Source: Escherichia coli (GTDB lineage: Bacteria > Pseudomonadota > Gammaproteobacteria > Enterobacterales > Enterobacteriaceae). From it: 64,000 nt of DNA. Location: assembly GCF_003334405.1 (NCBI RefSeq), contig NZ_QOWM01000014.1. The stretch is one strand, 5' to 3'. Position numbers and translations under genes: made by a program. Each line of letters opens with the position of its first letter. The stretch's first letter is position 1. Positions 1 to 16,383 of the stretch are shown piece by piece. The notes beneath the pieces are model-generated. The model saw nothing but the letters and a program-made list of their open reading frames with translations. It was not told the DNA's origin and did not search any database.

Positions 1-62
1 AGTGGTGGCGCATTATAGGGAGTTATTCCGGCCTGACAAGAGGAAATTTAAAATAATTTTCT
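1..62 (-). promoter_or_regulatory. rRNA operon P1 promoter (rrnA-type) with A/T-rich UP element; transcription exits the window start
   Basis: Minus strand reads cctcttgtcaggccggaataactccctataatgcgccaccact: -35 ttgtca, -10 tataat, GC-rich discriminator, start near position 3; A/T-rich block 41-62. Matches canonical rrn P1 from memory. Confidence 0.8.
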
Positions 63-88
63 GACCGCGCATTTTTTATTCTTTATGC

Positions 89-634
89 TTATTTCAGCGT
101 CGGTTTGTCGGTTAAATGGGCGATTTCTCGGGCGAAATTCGCCACCTGCTCCCAATCGGTATAGACAACTTCTTTGCGCGTATCCGTTTCACCGCCTGAC
201 ATCTTCATAATCAGCTTGATCATAAAACGGTCGTACCAGCGATAACGTGGGTAACGCAGCGCCCCGGCAATGACCGCGCAGCGATCGGGACGCCATTGCG
301 AGTTCATCAGAAACTTGCGCGCGTAGCTGTTGGTCTGTGGAGTACGCTTCTCCGGTTTGCGCGCCACCAGATTCACGGAGTAAAAGGCGCTCGGCATCGA
401 ATTCAGCCGCGTCGCATGTTTTTTGACAAATTCCTGGAACGCTGAATGGTAGTGACCATAGCGAATAGAAGCACCAATGACCACACGGTCATAGTTTTCC
501 CACTGTGGTTCTTCAATGCGGTGCACATTGGCGACATCCGCCTGGATCCCCAGTTCTTTCAGTTCCGAAGCCAGGTAGGAGGCAATCTCGCGCGTTTGTC
601 CGTCCCTTGTTGAGAAAAGAATTAATGTTTTCAC
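89..634 (-). CDS. hemG: Protoporphyrinogen IX dehydrogenase (flavodoxin-like, menaquinone-dependent)
   Basis: Track ORF 181 aa, [20 protein letters not shown]...; recognised as HemG. Confidence 0.95.
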   Translation of the reverse strand: MKTLILFSTRDGQTREIASYLASELKELGIQADVANVHRIEEPQWENYDRVVIGASIRYGHYHSAFQEFVKKHATRLNSMPSAFYSVNLVARKPEKRTPQTNSYARKFLMNSQWRPDRCAVIAGALRYPRYRWYDRFMIKLIMKMSGGETDTRKEVVYTDWEQVANFAREIAHLTDKPTLK

Positions 635-645
635 GTATTACTCCA

Positions 646-2097
646 TCATTCACGCCAGAAAGTCGGGGTAAAGAGCACCAGCAATGTAAAGACCTCGAGA
701 CGACCAAACAGCATGTTGGCAATCAGGATCCATTTAGCCACCGGGTTCATACTGGTAAAGTTATCAGCAACCACGCCAAGCCCTGGCCCCAGGTTATTCA
801 ATGTCGCAACAACCGACGCAAAGGCAGAAAAGTCATCCACGCCCGTGGCGATAATCGCCAGCATACTGACAATAAACACCAATGCATAGGCGGAGAAAAA
901 TCCCCAAACGGCTTCGAGGATACGTTCCGGCAGTGCGCGATTCCCCAGCTTAATGCTATAGACGGCGTTCGGATGCACCAGTCGTTTCAGCTCACGGTTC
1001 CCCTGCTTAAACAGCAGCAGGATGCGGATCACCTTCAGGCCACCGCCCGTTGACCCGGCGCAACCGCCGATAAAGGCTGAACATAAAAGCAGTACCGGCA
1101 AAAAGAGCGGCCAGCGGGCAATGCTGTCAGTTGTAAACCCGGCGGTTGTCGCCATCGACACCACCTGGAAAAACGCCTGGTTAATTGTCATCAGCGCCGA
1201 ACTGTAGACATTATGAAACCACAGTACGAGGGTACAAATAACCACCAGCGTAAACTGTACGCCGATAAACATGCGAAATTCCGGATCGCGCCAATAAACC
1301 TTCAGACTACGCCCACTTAACAGTGAAAAGTGCAGACCGTAGTTACAGCCGGAGATCAGCAGGAAGATAGCAATGATAGTGTTAATAGTCGGGCTATCGA
1401 AATAACCGATACTGGCATCATGTGTCGAGAAGCCGCCAATAGCGATAGTCGCAAAGCTATGGCCGATGGCATCAAAGGCATCCATTCCGGCAAACCACAA
1501 CGCCAGCGCACAGGCGACGGTCAGCAAGACATAAATCAACCACAGGGTTTTCGCCGTTTCCGCAATTCGCGGGCGCATTTTGTTATCTTTCAGCGGGCCG
1601 GGCATTTCTGCGCGATAGAGCTGCATCCCACCCACGCCGAGGATAGGCAGTATCGCAACCGCCAACACGATGATCCCCATCCCGCCAAACCATTGCAGCA
1701 TCTGGCGATAAAAGAGGATGGCGTGAGGGAGCGAATCCAGCCCCACCAGCGTAGTGGCTCCCGTAGTGGTCAGGCCAGAGAAAGATTCAAAAAACGCATC
1801 GGTAATCGTGAGGTTCGGGCTTTCCGAGAAGATAAAAGGGAGCGCACCGACGCTACCCAGCACGGTCCAGAACAGCACCACTATCAGAAACCCCTCACGG
1901 GATTTAAGTTCGCCTTTCTCTTTGCGGTTCGGCCACCACAGCATAGAGCCAATGGCGAGGGCGACAAAAAAGGTCTGGGTAAAAGCGCGGCCCGCTCCAT
2001 CCCGGTAGATGAGTGCTACCAGCCCAGGGATAATCATGGTCCCTGAAAATAAGATGACCAGTAGTCCAACGATTCGGGTAATGGCGCGAAAATGCAT
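646..2097 (-). CDS. trkH: Trk system potassium uptake protein
   Basis: Track ORF 483 aa, polytopic membrane protein; recognised as TrkH. Confidence 0.95.
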   Translation of the reverse strand: MHFRAITRIVGLLVILFSGTMIIPGLVALIYRDGAGRAFTQTFFVALAIGSMLWWPNRKEKGELKSREGFLIVVLFWTVLGSVGALPFIFSESPNLTITDAFFESFSGLTTTGATTLVGLDSLPHAILFYRQMLQWFGGMGIIVLAVAILPILGVGGMQLYRAEMPGPLKDNKMRPRIAETAKTLWLIYVLLTVACALALWFAGMDAFDAIGHSFATIAIGGFSTHDASIGYFDSPTINTIIAIFLLISGCNYGLHFSLLSGRSLKVYWRDPEFRMFIGVQFTLVVICTLVLWFHNVYSSALMTINQAFFQVVSMATTAGFTTDSIARWPLFLPVLLLCSAFIGGCAGSTGGGLKVIRILLLFKQGNRELKRLVHPNAVYSIKLGNRALPERILEAVWGFFSAYALVFIVSMLAIIATGVDDFSAFASVVATLNNLGPGLGVVADNFTSMNPVAKWILIANMLFGRLEVFTLLVLFTPTFWRE

Positions 2098-2135
2098 CTC
2101 TGCCGCTTCCTTAGTTCTGCAAAACGAAGTGGGGA

Positions 2136-2750
2136 TTATTCTTCAATCGCTAACAATTGCAATGAACCACGGCTAAAATCCGCCAGCTTTGCGGAAAATT
2201 CAGCCACTTTCGCCGCCGGAAGCACCACCCGCAGCAGAACGAATGCCTGATAATCACTGTTGATAATTTTGCCGTCACACTGCCCCAGCAACGCTTCAAT
2301 GCCGGTTAACTGATGATATTCACATTGCAAAGTATATTCGGTTAATGGCGTCTTGCGTTGGGTCGTTAGCTGGCGCAGCGCCTGATTCACGCCGCCGCCA
2401 TACGCTTTCACTAACCCACCGGTGCCAAGCAATATGCCGCCGTAGTAGCGCACTACCACAGCGGTAATTTCCCCGACGCCGCTGCCCATTAGCTGGGCGA
2501 GCATCGGTTTACCTGCCGTTCCCGCCGGCTCCCCGTCGTCAGAGAAACCCAGCTGTTGAGAATCATCCGGCGCACCCGCGACCCACGCCACGCAATGGTG
2601 CCGGGCATCGGGGTGTTCTGCCCGCACCGATTCAACAAACGCTTTCGCCGCCTCAACGCCATCGGTATGCGCCAACATCGTTATGAAGCGGCTCTTTTTG
2701 ATCTCTTCAACGACCGTGACCGGTGCCGCAGGAATTAACCAGCTTTCCAT
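2136..2750 (-). CDS. yigZ: IMPACT-family protein YigZ
   Basis: Track ORF 205 aa begins at a GTG; trimmed one codon to the ATG ([10 protein letters not shown]...), 204 aa; ATG overlaps pepQ stop. Confidence 0.9.
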   Translation of the reverse strand: MESWLIPAAPVTVVEEIKKSRFITMLAHTDGVEAAKAFVESVRAEHPDARHHCVAWVAGAPDDSQQLGFSDDGEPAGTAGKPMLAQLMGSGVGEITAVVVRYYGGILLGTGGLVKAYGGGVNQALRQLTTQRKTPLTEYTLQCEYHQLTGIEALLGQCDGKIINSDYQAFVLLRVVLPAAKVAEFSAKLADFSRGSLQLLAIEE

Positions 2751-4081
2751 CACGCCAGTTTCAGATCCCGGGTCATGTTTTCCACGTTGTTTTCGTGGAT
2801 CACCACGTTGTCTTCGATACGAATGCCGCCGAACGGTTTCAGTGCTTCAATTTTCTGCCAGTTGAAGTGCTTGCTGAACTGCCCTTCACGCCACGGTGCC
2901 AGTAGCGATTCGATGAAGTAGATACCCGGTTCGATGGTTAACACCATGCCCGGCTGGAGAATACGGGTGCAGCGCAGGTACGGATATTTTGCCGGTGCCG
3001 CGAGGTGCGTACCGCTATCATCCTGCATAAAACCAGCGACGTCATGCACCTGCAGGCCCAGCGGATGGCCGATACCATGCGGCATAAACGGCCCGGTAAG
3101 ATCGTTTTCGACCATCGCTTCTTCACTCATATCGGTGATGATTTGATGTTTACGCAGCAGTTTGGCGATGCGCTGATGGAACTGGATGTGGTAATCCACA
3201 TAGCTGACGCCTGCTTTCATGGTGGCGATCAGCGCCAGTTGTTCATCATTAACGTCCTTCACCAGCTGCGCGTAGTCGTTGTCACTTTTTGCCGACCAGG
3301 TACGGGTCAGGTCAGCCGCATAGCCGTTATATTCTGCCCCGGCATCCAGCAGGAAGCTGCGCATCTCTTCCGGTGCCTGATGGTCCAGTTTGGTGTAATG
3401 CAGTACCGCAGCGTGTTCGTTAAGCGCCACAATGTTGCTGTAAGGTACGTCGGTATCACGATGACCGGTCGCGGTCAGATAGGCAATGTTGATATCGAAC
3501 TCGCTCATGCCAGAACGGAACGCTTCTTCTGCCGCGCGGTGACCGTTGACCGCCATTTTCTGCGCTTCACGCATACAGGCCAGTTCGTACTCAGTTTTGA
3601 AGGAGCGATAGTAATGCAGGTAGTCGATAACCCCTTTCGGGTTGATGTTGCTGGCCTCAATACCCAGTTGCAGCGCACGTTCCGGCACCGGACCGATATA
3701 ACCGATATTGCCGCGCGCAGCAGGCAGCAGGCTACCAATGCCATCGGCTTTCGGCAGCGCGATCACTTCCACATCTTCAGTCCAGAAAGAGGTCGGCAGC
3801 GGTTCGACGTTGTGCCAGTAATCAACCGGCAGATAGAACCACAGTTTCGGCTTGTTCACGCCATCCACCAGCAACCAGCAGTTTGGCACCTGAGTTACCG
3901 GCACCCACGCTTTGAATTGCGGGTTCACTTTAAACGGATAGGGATGATCGTCGAGAAAAACATTGAACAGCTCGCCGGAGTGAATAAGTAACGCATCCAG
4001 CTTGAAGCGCGCCAGCGCATCGCGAGTCCGTTCTTGTAAGGTAGCTATATGATTTTTATAGAGCGAGGCCAGTGATTCCAT
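2750..4081 (-). CDS. pepQ: Xaa-Pro dipeptidase (prolidase)
   Basis: Track ORF 443 aa, [16 protein letters not shown]...; M24 peptidase, recognised as PepQ. Confidence 0.95.
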
Positions 4082-4228
4082 TTTTTACCCTTCTGTTTTT
4101 TTGACCTTAAGTCTCCGCATCTTAGCACATCGTTCATCCAGAGCGTGATTTCTGCCGAGCGTGATCAGATCGGCATTTCTTTAATCTTTTGTTTGCATAT
4201 TTTTAACACAAAATACACACTTCGACTC

Positions 4229-4245
4229 ATCTGGTACGACCAGAT
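4229..4245. promoter_or_regulatory. FadR operator in fadBA promoter
   Basis: Palindrome atctggtacgaccagat about 30 bp upstream of the fadB ATG; matches the FadR site known for fadB. Confidence 0.8.
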
Positions 4246-4270
4246 CACCTTGCGGATTCAGGAGACTGAC

Positions 4271-6460
4271 ATGCTTTACAAAGGCGACACCCTGTACCTT
4301 GACTGGCTGGAAGATGGCATTGCCGAACTGGTATTTGATGCCCCAGGTTCAGTTAATAAACTCGACACTGCGACCGTCGCCAGCCTCGGCGAGGCCATCG
4401 GCGTGCTGGAACAGCAATCAGATCTAAAAGGGCTGCTGCTGCGTTCGAACAAAGCAGCCTTTATCGTCGGTGCTGATATCACCGAATTTTTGTCCCTGTT
4501 CCTCGTTCCTGAAGAACAGTTAAGTCAGTGGCTGCACTTTGCCAATAGCGTGTTTAATCGCCTGGAAGATCTGCCGGTGCCGACCATTGCTGCCGTCAAT
4601 GGCTATGCGCTGGGCGGTGGCTGCGAATGCGTGCTGGCGACCGATTATCGTCTGGCGACGCCGGATCTGCGCATCGGTCTGCCGGAAACCAAACTGGGCA
4701 TCATGCCTGGCTTTGGCGGTTCTGTACGTATGCCACGTATGCTGGGCGCTGACAGTGCGCTGGAAATCATTGCCGCCGGTAAAGATGTCGGCGCGGATCA
4801 GGCGCTGAAAATCGGTCTGGTGGATGGCGTAGTCAAAGCAGAAAAACTGGTTGAAGGCGCAAAGGCGGTTTTACGCCAGGCCATTAACGGCGACCTCGAC
4901 TGGAAAGCAAAACGTCAGCCGAAGCTGGAACCACTAAAACTGAGCAAGATTGAAGCCACCATGAGCTTCACCATCGCTAAAGGGATGGTCGCACAAACAG
5001 CGGGGAAACATTATCCGGCCCCCATCACCGCAGTAAAAACCATTGAAGCTGCGGCCCGTTTTGGTCGTGAAGAAGCCTTAAACCTGGAAAACAAAAGTTT
5101 TGTCCCGCTGGCGCATACCAACGAAGCCCGCGCACTGGTCGGCATTTTCCTTAACGATCAATATGTAAAAGGCAAAGCGAAGAAACTCACCAAAGACGTT
5201 GAAACCCCGAAACAGGCCGCGGTGCTGGGTGCAGGCATTATGGGCGGCGGCATCGCTTACCAGTCTGCGTGGAAAGGCGTGCCGGTTGTCATGAAAGATA
5301 TCAACGACAAGTCGTTAACCCTCGGCATGACCGAAGCCGCGAAACTGCTGAACAAGCAGCTTGAGCGCGGCAAGATCGATGGTCTGAAACTGGCTGGCGT
5401 GATCTCCACAATCCACCCAACGCTCGACTACGCCGGATTTGACCGCGTGGATATTGTGGTAGAAGCGGTTGTTGAAAACCCGAAAGTGAAAAAAGCCGTA
5501 CTGGCAGAAACCGAACAAAAAGTACGCCAGGATACCGTGCTGGCGTCTAACACTTCAACCATTCCTATCAGCGAACTGGCCAACGCGCTGGAACGCCCGG
5601 AAAACTTCTGCGGGATGCACTTCTTTAACCCGGTCCACCGAATGCCGTTGGTAGAAATTATTCGCGGCGAGAAAAGCTCCGACGAAACCATCGCGAAAGT
5701 TGTCGCCTGGGCGAGCAAGATGGGCAAGACGCCGATTGTGGTTAACGACTGCCCCGGCTTCTTTGTTAACCGCGTGCTGTTCCCGTATTTCGCCGGTTTC
5801 AGCCAGCTGCTGCGCGACGGCGCGGATTTCCGCAAGATCGACAAAGTGATGGAAAAACAGTTTGGCTGGCCGATGGGCCCGGCATATCTGCTGGACGTTG
5901 TGGGCATTGATACCGCGCATCACGCTCAGGCTGTCATGGCAGCAGGCTTCCCGCAGCGGATGCAGAAAGATTACCGCGATGCCATCGACGCGCTGTTTGA
6001 TGCCAACCGCTTTGGTCAGAAGAACGGCCTCGGTTTCTGGCGTTATAAAGAAGACAGCAAAGGTAAGCCGAAGAAAGAAGAAGACGCCGCCGTTGAAGAC
6101 CTGCTGGCAGAAGTGAGCCAGCCGAAGCGCGATTTCAGCGAAGAAGAGATTATCGCCCGCATGATGATCCCGATGGTCAACGAAGTGGTGCGCTGTCTGG
6201 AGGAAGGCATTATCGCCACTCCGGCGGAAGCGGATATGGCGCTGGTCTACGGCCTGGGCTTCCCTCCGTTCCACGGCGGCGCGTTCCGCTGGCTGGACAC
6301 CCTCGGTAGCGCAAAATACCTCGATATGGCACAGCAATATCAGCACCTCGGCCCGCTGTATGAAGTGCCGGAAGGTCTGCGTAATAAAGCGCGTCATAAC
6401 GAACCGTACTATCCTCCGGTTGAGCCAGCCCGTCCGGTTGGCGACCTGAAAACGGCTTAA
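4271..6460 (+). CDS. fadB: Fatty acid oxidation complex alpha subunit (enoyl-CoA hydratase / 3-hydroxyacyl-CoA dehydrogenase)
   Basis: Track ORF 771 aa trimmed in frame to [16 protein letters not shown]... (729 aa). Confidence 0.95.
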   Translation: MLYKGDTLYLDWLEDGIAELVFDAPGSVNKLDTATVASLGEAIGVLEQQSDLKGLLLRSNKAAFIVGADITEFLSLFLVPEEQLSQWLHFANSVFNRLEDLPVPTIAAVNGYALGGGCECVLATDYRLATPDLRIGLPETKLGIMPGFGGSVRMPRMLGADSALEIIAAGKDVGADQALKIGLVDGVVKAEKLVEGAKAVLRQAINGDLDWKAKRQPKLEPLKLSKIEATMSFTIAKGMVAQTAGKHYPAPITAVKTIEAAARFGREEALNLENKSFVPLAHTNEARALVGIFLNDQYVKGKAKKLTKDVETPKQAAVLGAGIMGGGIAYQSAWKGVPVVMKDINDKSLTLGMTEAAKLLNKQLERGKIDGLKLAGVISTIHPTLDYAGFDRVDIVVEAVVENPKVKKAVLAETEQKVRQDTVLASNTSTIPISELANALERPENFCGMHFFNPVHRMPLVEIIRGEKSSDETIAKVVAWASKMGKTPIVVNDCPGFFVNRVLFPYFAGFSQLLRDGADFRKIDKVMEKQFGWPMGPAYLLDVVGIDTAHHAQAVMAAGFPQRMQKDYRDAIDALFDANRFGQKNGLGFWRYKEDSKGKPKKEEDAAVEDLLAEVSQPKRDFSEEEIIARMMIPMVNEVVRCLEEGIIATPAEADMALVYGLGFPPFHGGAFRWLDTLGSAKYLDMAQQYQHLGPLYEVPEGLRNKARHNEPYYPPVEPARPVGDLKTA

Positions 6461-7633
<1,173 letters not shown>

Positions 7634-7639
7634 CCACTT

Positions 7640-7822
<183 letters not shown>

Positions 7823-7884
7823 ATGGTTTGCCAGATACGTCATAGATCTAAATGCCACTGAATAACAGTTTAGTTGCCGTTCTT

Positions 7885-7911
7885 CCCGCCTGTCAGGGGC
7901 GGGTTTTTTTA
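7885..7911 (+). terminator. Rho-independent terminator downstream of fadBA
   Basis: Hairpin cccgcctgtcaggggcggg followed by ttttttt. Confidence 0.7.
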
Positions 7912-7915
7912 TATC

Positions 7916-8617
7916 TCAGATAAATGCAAACGCATCGCCAAACAGGCGATCTTCCCGCGCATTACGCTCACTGCAAAACAGATCGCGGGCAATTTTCGCC
8001 ATCTCAAAACGTCCGGCAATATAGATATCATGCTCTGCCAGCGTACCGTGATCCTGCAATACCGCCGTTAACACGGTGCCAGTACGCCCACGCCAGCCCG
8101 CTTCCGGTTGTTCAACCACCGGCACCACTTGCAGACCAGGATGCTTCAACGAAAGCGCCTCAAGCTCGCAGAGATCATACAGATGCTGCTCTTCACGCCC
8201 GCCCCAGTAAATGGTGATATCACGGTTTGGGTTACGCGCCAACGCTGTCAGCAAAATCGAGCGGGCATAAGAGAACCCGGTGCCGCCCGCAATCAAAATC
8301 ATCGGACGCTCTTCATCATCGCGCAGCCACGCTTCTCCGTGGGGAATGTCGACCACGATTTGATGATCTTTGAGGATGCGGTCCATGACTGCTTTCGCGT
8401 AAAGGTTGATTTCAGAAGCGCCAATATGCAGCTCGATAAACCCTTTTTCATCCGGCGTCGAAGCCATTGAGAACGGACGTTTGTCGCGCTCATCCATCAC
8501 TACCATCAAATACTGACCAGCACGAAAAGAAAAGGCCGCGTCTGGCACGATGCGGACACGATATACGGTATCCGTGATAGCTTCTACCGAGGTCACTTTA
8601 CAGCTTAAGGTTGTCAT
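7916..8617 (-). CDS. fre: NAD(P)H-flavin reductase
   Basis: Track ORF 244 aa trimmed in frame to [20 protein letters not shown]... (233 aa). Confidence 0.93.
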
Positions 8618-8662
8618 GCGCTTTCTCTGTCGGATCGATAAATAGGGCAAAACAAACGCGCA

Positions 8663-10156
8663 TCAGGCGCTTTTACCGTTGTTAAAAATAGCCAGTTCAT
8701 CCCAGATGGCGTCAATATGCGCGACAACATCTGGATCTTTTTTGATGGGACGTCCCCATTCACGCTGGGTTTCCCCCGGCCATTTATTCGTGGCATCCAG
8801 CCCCATTTTTGAACCCAGCCCGGAGACAGGCGAGGCAAAATCCAGATAATCAATAGGCGTATTTTCTACCAGAACAGTATCCCGCGCCGGGTCCATACGG
8901 GTGGTAATCGCCCAAATCACATCGTTCCAGTCGCGTGCGTTAACGTCATCATCGCAAACGATCACAAATTTAGTGTACATAAACTGGCGTAAGAACGACC
9001 AGACGCCCATCATGACGCGCTTCGCGTGTCCGGCGTACTGTTTTTTGATTGTCACTACCGCCAGGCGATAAGAGCAGCCTTCCGGCGGCAGGTAAAAATC
9101 GACAATTTCCGGGAACTGTTTTTGCAGAATCGGCACAAACACTTCGTTCAGTGCGACACCCAGCACCGCGGGCTCATCTGGCGGACGCCCGGTATAGGTG
9201 GAATGGTAAATCGCATCTTCACGCTGGGTAATATGCGTCACGGTAAATACCGGGAAACTATCGACTTCATTATAGTAACCGGTGTGGTCGCCATACGGCC
9301 CTTCCGGCGCAGTTTCGCCTTGTTCGATATACCCTTCCAGCACAATCTCCGCACTGGCGGGCACTTCAAGATCATTGGAGATACACTTCACCACTTCGGT
9401 CTTGGTGCCACGTAGCAATCCGGCAAACGCATACTCTGAAAGCGTATCCGGAACGGGAGTGACTGCACCGAGAATCGTGGCGGGATCGGCACCCAGCGCC
9501 ACAGAAACCGGGAAACGTTCGCCCGGATGCGCCGCACACCACTCCTGATAATCCAGCGCGCCGCCGCGATGCGACAGCCAGCGCATAATCAGTTTGTTTT
9601 TACCAATCAGCTGCTGGCGATAAATGCCCAGATTCTGCCGCTCTTTATGTGGGCCGCGCGTCACTGTCAGCCCCCAGGTAATCAGCGGCGCGGCATCTTC
9701 CGGCCAGCAGGTCATAATGGGAATGCGATTGAGATCGACGTCATCGCCAGAGACGATTTTTTGTTGGCAGGGCGCACCACGCAGCCGCTTTGTCGGCATG
9801 TTCAATACTTGCTTAAACTGCGGCAGTTTATCAAACAGGTCGCGGAAACCTTTTGGCGGCTCCGGCTCTTTCAGAAACGCCAATAATTTACCAACTTCAC
9901 GCAGCGCCGAAACATCTTCCTGCCCCATGCCCATCGCCACGCGCTTTGGCGTACCGAACAGGTTGCACAGCACCGGCATTGAGTAGCCTTTAGGGTTTTC
10001 GAACAACAGCGCAGGCCCACCGGCACGCAAAGTGCGGTCAGCAATTTCAGTGATTTCCAGATGCGGATCCACCGGGAGCGTGATACGTTTTAGCTCACCC
10101 TGCTGTTCAAGCAGCGTCAAGAAGTCGCGTAAATCGTTATATTTCATGGCGTCCAT
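8663..10156 (-). CDS. ubiD: 3-octaprenyl-4-hydroxybenzoate decarboxylase
   Basis: Track ORF 497 aa, [24 protein letters not shown]...; recognised as UbiD. Confidence 0.95.
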   Translation of the reverse strand: MDAMKYNDLRDFLTLLEQQGELKRITLPVDPHLEITEIADRTLRAGGPALLFENPKGYSMPVLCNLFGTPKRVAMGMGQEDVSALREVGKLLAFLKEPEPPKGFRDLFDKLPQFKQVLNMPTKRLRGAPCQQKIVSGDDVDLNRIPIMTCWPEDAAPLITWGLTVTRGPHKERQNLGIYRQQLIGKNKLIMRWLSHRGGALDYQEWCAAHPGERFPVSVALGADPATILGAVTPVPDTLSEYAFAGLLRGTKTEVVKCISNDLEVPASAEIVLEGYIEQGETAPEGPYGDHTGYYNEVDSFPVFTVTHITQREDAIYHSTYTGRPPDEPAVLGVALNEVFVPILQKQFPEIVDFYLPPEGCSYRLAVVTIKKQYAGHAKRVMMGVWSFLRQFMYTKFVIVCDDDVNARDWNDVIWAITTRMDPARDTVLVENTPIDYLDFASPVSGLGSKMGLDATNKWPGETQREWGRPIKKDPDVVAHIDAIWDELAIFNNGKSA

Positions 10157-10277
10157 TGTAGCCTCTTAATCTGCGCCCATTATACGGCGTTCATCTTTGC
10201 GATGCTGTAAATTTGTTAAATTAGCGTGAACTCTGACGGTATAACGCAAACCGGGGAATATAATTAACTTAGCGTAA

Positions 10278-11590
<1,313 letters not shown>

Positions 11591-11631
11591 CCTGTACTCC
11601 ATATGACAACCGCCCTGACGGGCGGTTGAAT

Positions 11632-12408
11632 TTATTCTTCAGTTTTTTCGCTTTCTGCTTCAGCGTCGTTTTCCTCTTCCCGATTTCGCCCTTTACCAAC
11701 GTAAAAGCGTGAGAAGAAGACACCGATTTCAAACAGACAGTACATCGGGATCGCCAACAGCGTTTGCGAGAAGACATCCGGCGGCGTCAGCAACATCCCG
11801 ACAACGAATGCACCAACCAGCACATACGGGCGTTTTTTGCGTAAGTCTTCTGGCGAGGTAATCCCCATCCAGCACAGCAGCACAATTGCTACCGGCACCT
11901 CAAAGGAGACACCAAACGCCATAAACAGCGCCATAACGAAGCTTAAATAGCTGGCGATGTCGGTGGATACCTGCACCCCTTCCGGCGCGGTATTGGCAAG
12001 GAAGCCAAATGCCAGCGGAAAGACCACAAAGTAGGCGAATGCCATGCCGATATAAAACAGCAGAGAGCTGGAAACCAGCAGCGGCACCACCAGGCGACGT
12101 TCATGCTTATACAGCGCTGGGGCGATAAATGCCCACACCTGATAGAGAATCACCGGCGCTGACAGAATCAGCGACACCATAAAGGTCAGCTTGATCGGCG
12201 TAAAGAACGGCGAGGCCACGTCGGTGGCGATCATCGTTGAACCTTGCGGCAACTGCTTGATCAATGGCGCGGATACCAGGTGATAGATGTCATTGGCGAA
12301 ATAGACCAGACACAGGAATATCACGATCACCGCGATAATGCAGTTCAGCAGACGCTTACGCAGCTCAATCAGATGCGTGATAAGCGGTTGAGTATCTTCT
12401 ACAGACAT
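11632..12408 (-). CDS. tatC: Twin-arginine translocase subunit TatC
   Basis: Track ORF 258 aa, [21 protein letters not shown]...; recognised as TatC. Confidence 0.95.
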
Positions 12409-12410
12409 GT

Positions 12411-12926
12411 TTACGGTTTATCACTCGACGAAGGGGAAGGTGCAGCGGTTTTCGGTTCAGCGTCCGCAGCAGGTTTTACCACCGGCTCTGGCGTGGTTTC
12501 TGGCTTCTGTTCCGGCGAACTGGCCTGCGTTTGTGCAGCGGCAGGCGTTACGCCCTCATGCGCAGCTTCATTATCTTTCACCACCGGGTTATGGATGGTG
12601 TGCGCTTCATCGCTCGCCTTTTCAGGATCGTTTGCAACGTAGGAACGCTTCATCGACTCCGCGGCCTGGCGTAGTTCATCCATCGACGCTTTCAGTTCGG
12701 GCGTCAGGTTAGTGAGGCTCGCCTTTTCAACCTTTTTCAGACTGTCCTGAAACTCCTGGAGTTTTAACTCCTGGGTCAGTTCGTTCTGCACCGTTGTCGC
12801 CAGTGAACGCAACGCGCGAATCCAGCCCGCTACCGTTTTTACCGCCACAGGCAGTCGTTGCGGCCCCAGAACGACGAGGCCGATGATGAACACCAATAGC
12901 AGTTCGCTAAAACCGATATCAAACAC
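12411..12926 (-). CDS. tatB: Twin-arginine translocase subunit TatB
   Basis: Track ORF 171 aa, [26 protein letters not shown]...; recognised as TatB. Confidence 0.95.
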
Positions 12927-12929
12927 GGA

Positions 12930-13199
12930 TTACACCTGCTCTTTATCGTGGCGCTTCGCGTCTTCTGTTTTAGCCTGTTCCTGATTCGTATCCGCCTGCT
13001 TATCGGCGATAGTTTTCGCAGTAAAATCAGCATCCTGACTGGTTTTATCCTGCTTTGGTTCATCATCGCTCATTGCTTTTTTAAAGCCTTTGATCGACGC
13101 ACCAAGATCGGAACCGATGGAGCCGAGCTTTTTGGTGCCAAAAAGCAGTACAACGATGACGGCAATAATCAATAACTGCCAAATACTGATACCACCCAT
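12930..13199 (-). CDS. tatA: Twin-arginine translocase subunit TatA
   Basis: Track ORF 103 aa trimmed to [27 protein letters not shown]... (89 aa). Confidence 0.93.
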   Translation of the reverse strand: MGGISIWQLLIIAVIVVLLFGTKKLGSIGSDLGASIKGFKKAMSDDEPKQDKTSQDADFTAKTIADKQADTNQEQAKTEDAKRHDKEQV

Positions 13200-13277
13200 A
13201 CATGTTCCTCTGTGGTAGATGATGATTAAACAAAGCCGCATTATACGTTACACGGCCCGCCTTGAGCGATGAAAAAA

Positions 13278-15520
<2,243 letters not shown>

Positions 15521-15533
15521 TTCCGGTCTCCTG

Positions 15534-16289
15534 TCAGAACTTATAACCACGATGCAGCGCCACAACCCCTGCCGTCAGATTGTAGTAGTCGACACTTTCG
15601 AATCCGGCATCCTGCATCATGGCTTTCAGGGTATCCTGATCGGGATGCATACGGATGGATTCTGCCAGATAACGGTAGCTGTCGGCGTCGTTCGCGACCA
15701 GTGAGCCAATACGCGGCAGCACATGGAAGGAGTATGCATCATAGGCTTTGCTCAGCGGCTCGATAATTGGCTTCGAGAACTCAAGCACCAGCAGGCGGCC
15801 GCCGGGTTTCAGCACGCGATACATTGAACGCAGTGCTTTATCTTTGTCGGTGACGTTACGCAGACCAAACGAAATGGTGATGCAATCAAAGGTGTTATCC
15901 GGGAACGGCAGCGCCTCAGCGTTCGCCTGAACATACTCAACGTTGCCAATCACACCGATATTACGCAGCTTCTCGCGGCCCATTTTGAGCATGGATTCAT
16001 TGATATCAGCAAGGACCACTTTGCCAGTTTCTCCGACCAGGCGGGAGAATTTCGCTGTCAGGTCGCCGGTGCCACCAGCCAGATCCAGCACGGTCTGCCC
16101 ACGGCGTACGCCGCTGCAATCAATCGTGAATCGCTTCCACAAACGATGAATACCAAATGACATCAAATCATTCATGACATCGTATTTTGATGCCACGGAA
16201 TGGAAAACGTGGGCGACCATATCCGCTTTTTGTTCCTTCGCGACGGTCTGAAAACCAAAGTGCGTCGTTTCTTGTAACTTATCCACCAT
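15534..16289 (-). CDS. ubiE: Ubiquinone/menaquinone C-methyltransferase
   Basis: Track ORF 251 aa, [25 protein letters not shown]...; SAM methyltransferase, recognised as UbiE. Confidence 0.95.
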   Translation of the reverse strand: MVDKLQETTHFGFQTVAKEQKADMVAHVFHSVASKYDVMNDLMSFGIHRLWKRFTIDCSGVRRGQTVLDLAGGTGDLTAKFSRLVGETGKVVLADINESMLKMGREKLRNIGVIGNVEYVQANAEALPFPDNTFDCITISFGLRNVTDKDKALRSMYRVLKPGGRLLVLEFSKPIIEPLSKAYDAYSFHVLPRIGSLVANDADSYRYLAESIRMHPDQDTLKAMMQDAGFESVDYYNLTAGVVALHRGYKF

Positions 16290-16383
16290 CTCAATGCCTG
16301 CTCATCAAAAAATTGTTCCAGAAGTGTAACAGATTGGGCGTCGATGCCCTAGATTTCTACCCGGCTTAACTACTCCCAATGGG

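Noticed and set aside
4145-4270. Extended N-terminus of the fadB ORF (771 aa in the track), and similar 5' extensions for fre, tatD, tatA, ubiJ, udp, ysgA, yigL, yigI, yigG, yigF, corA, uvrD, hemC and aslB
   Set aside because: The track takes the most upstream ATG/GTG/TTG; the extensions run through promoter or operator sequence (for example the FadR site) or the upstream gene, and the N-termini I recall start at internal ATGs.
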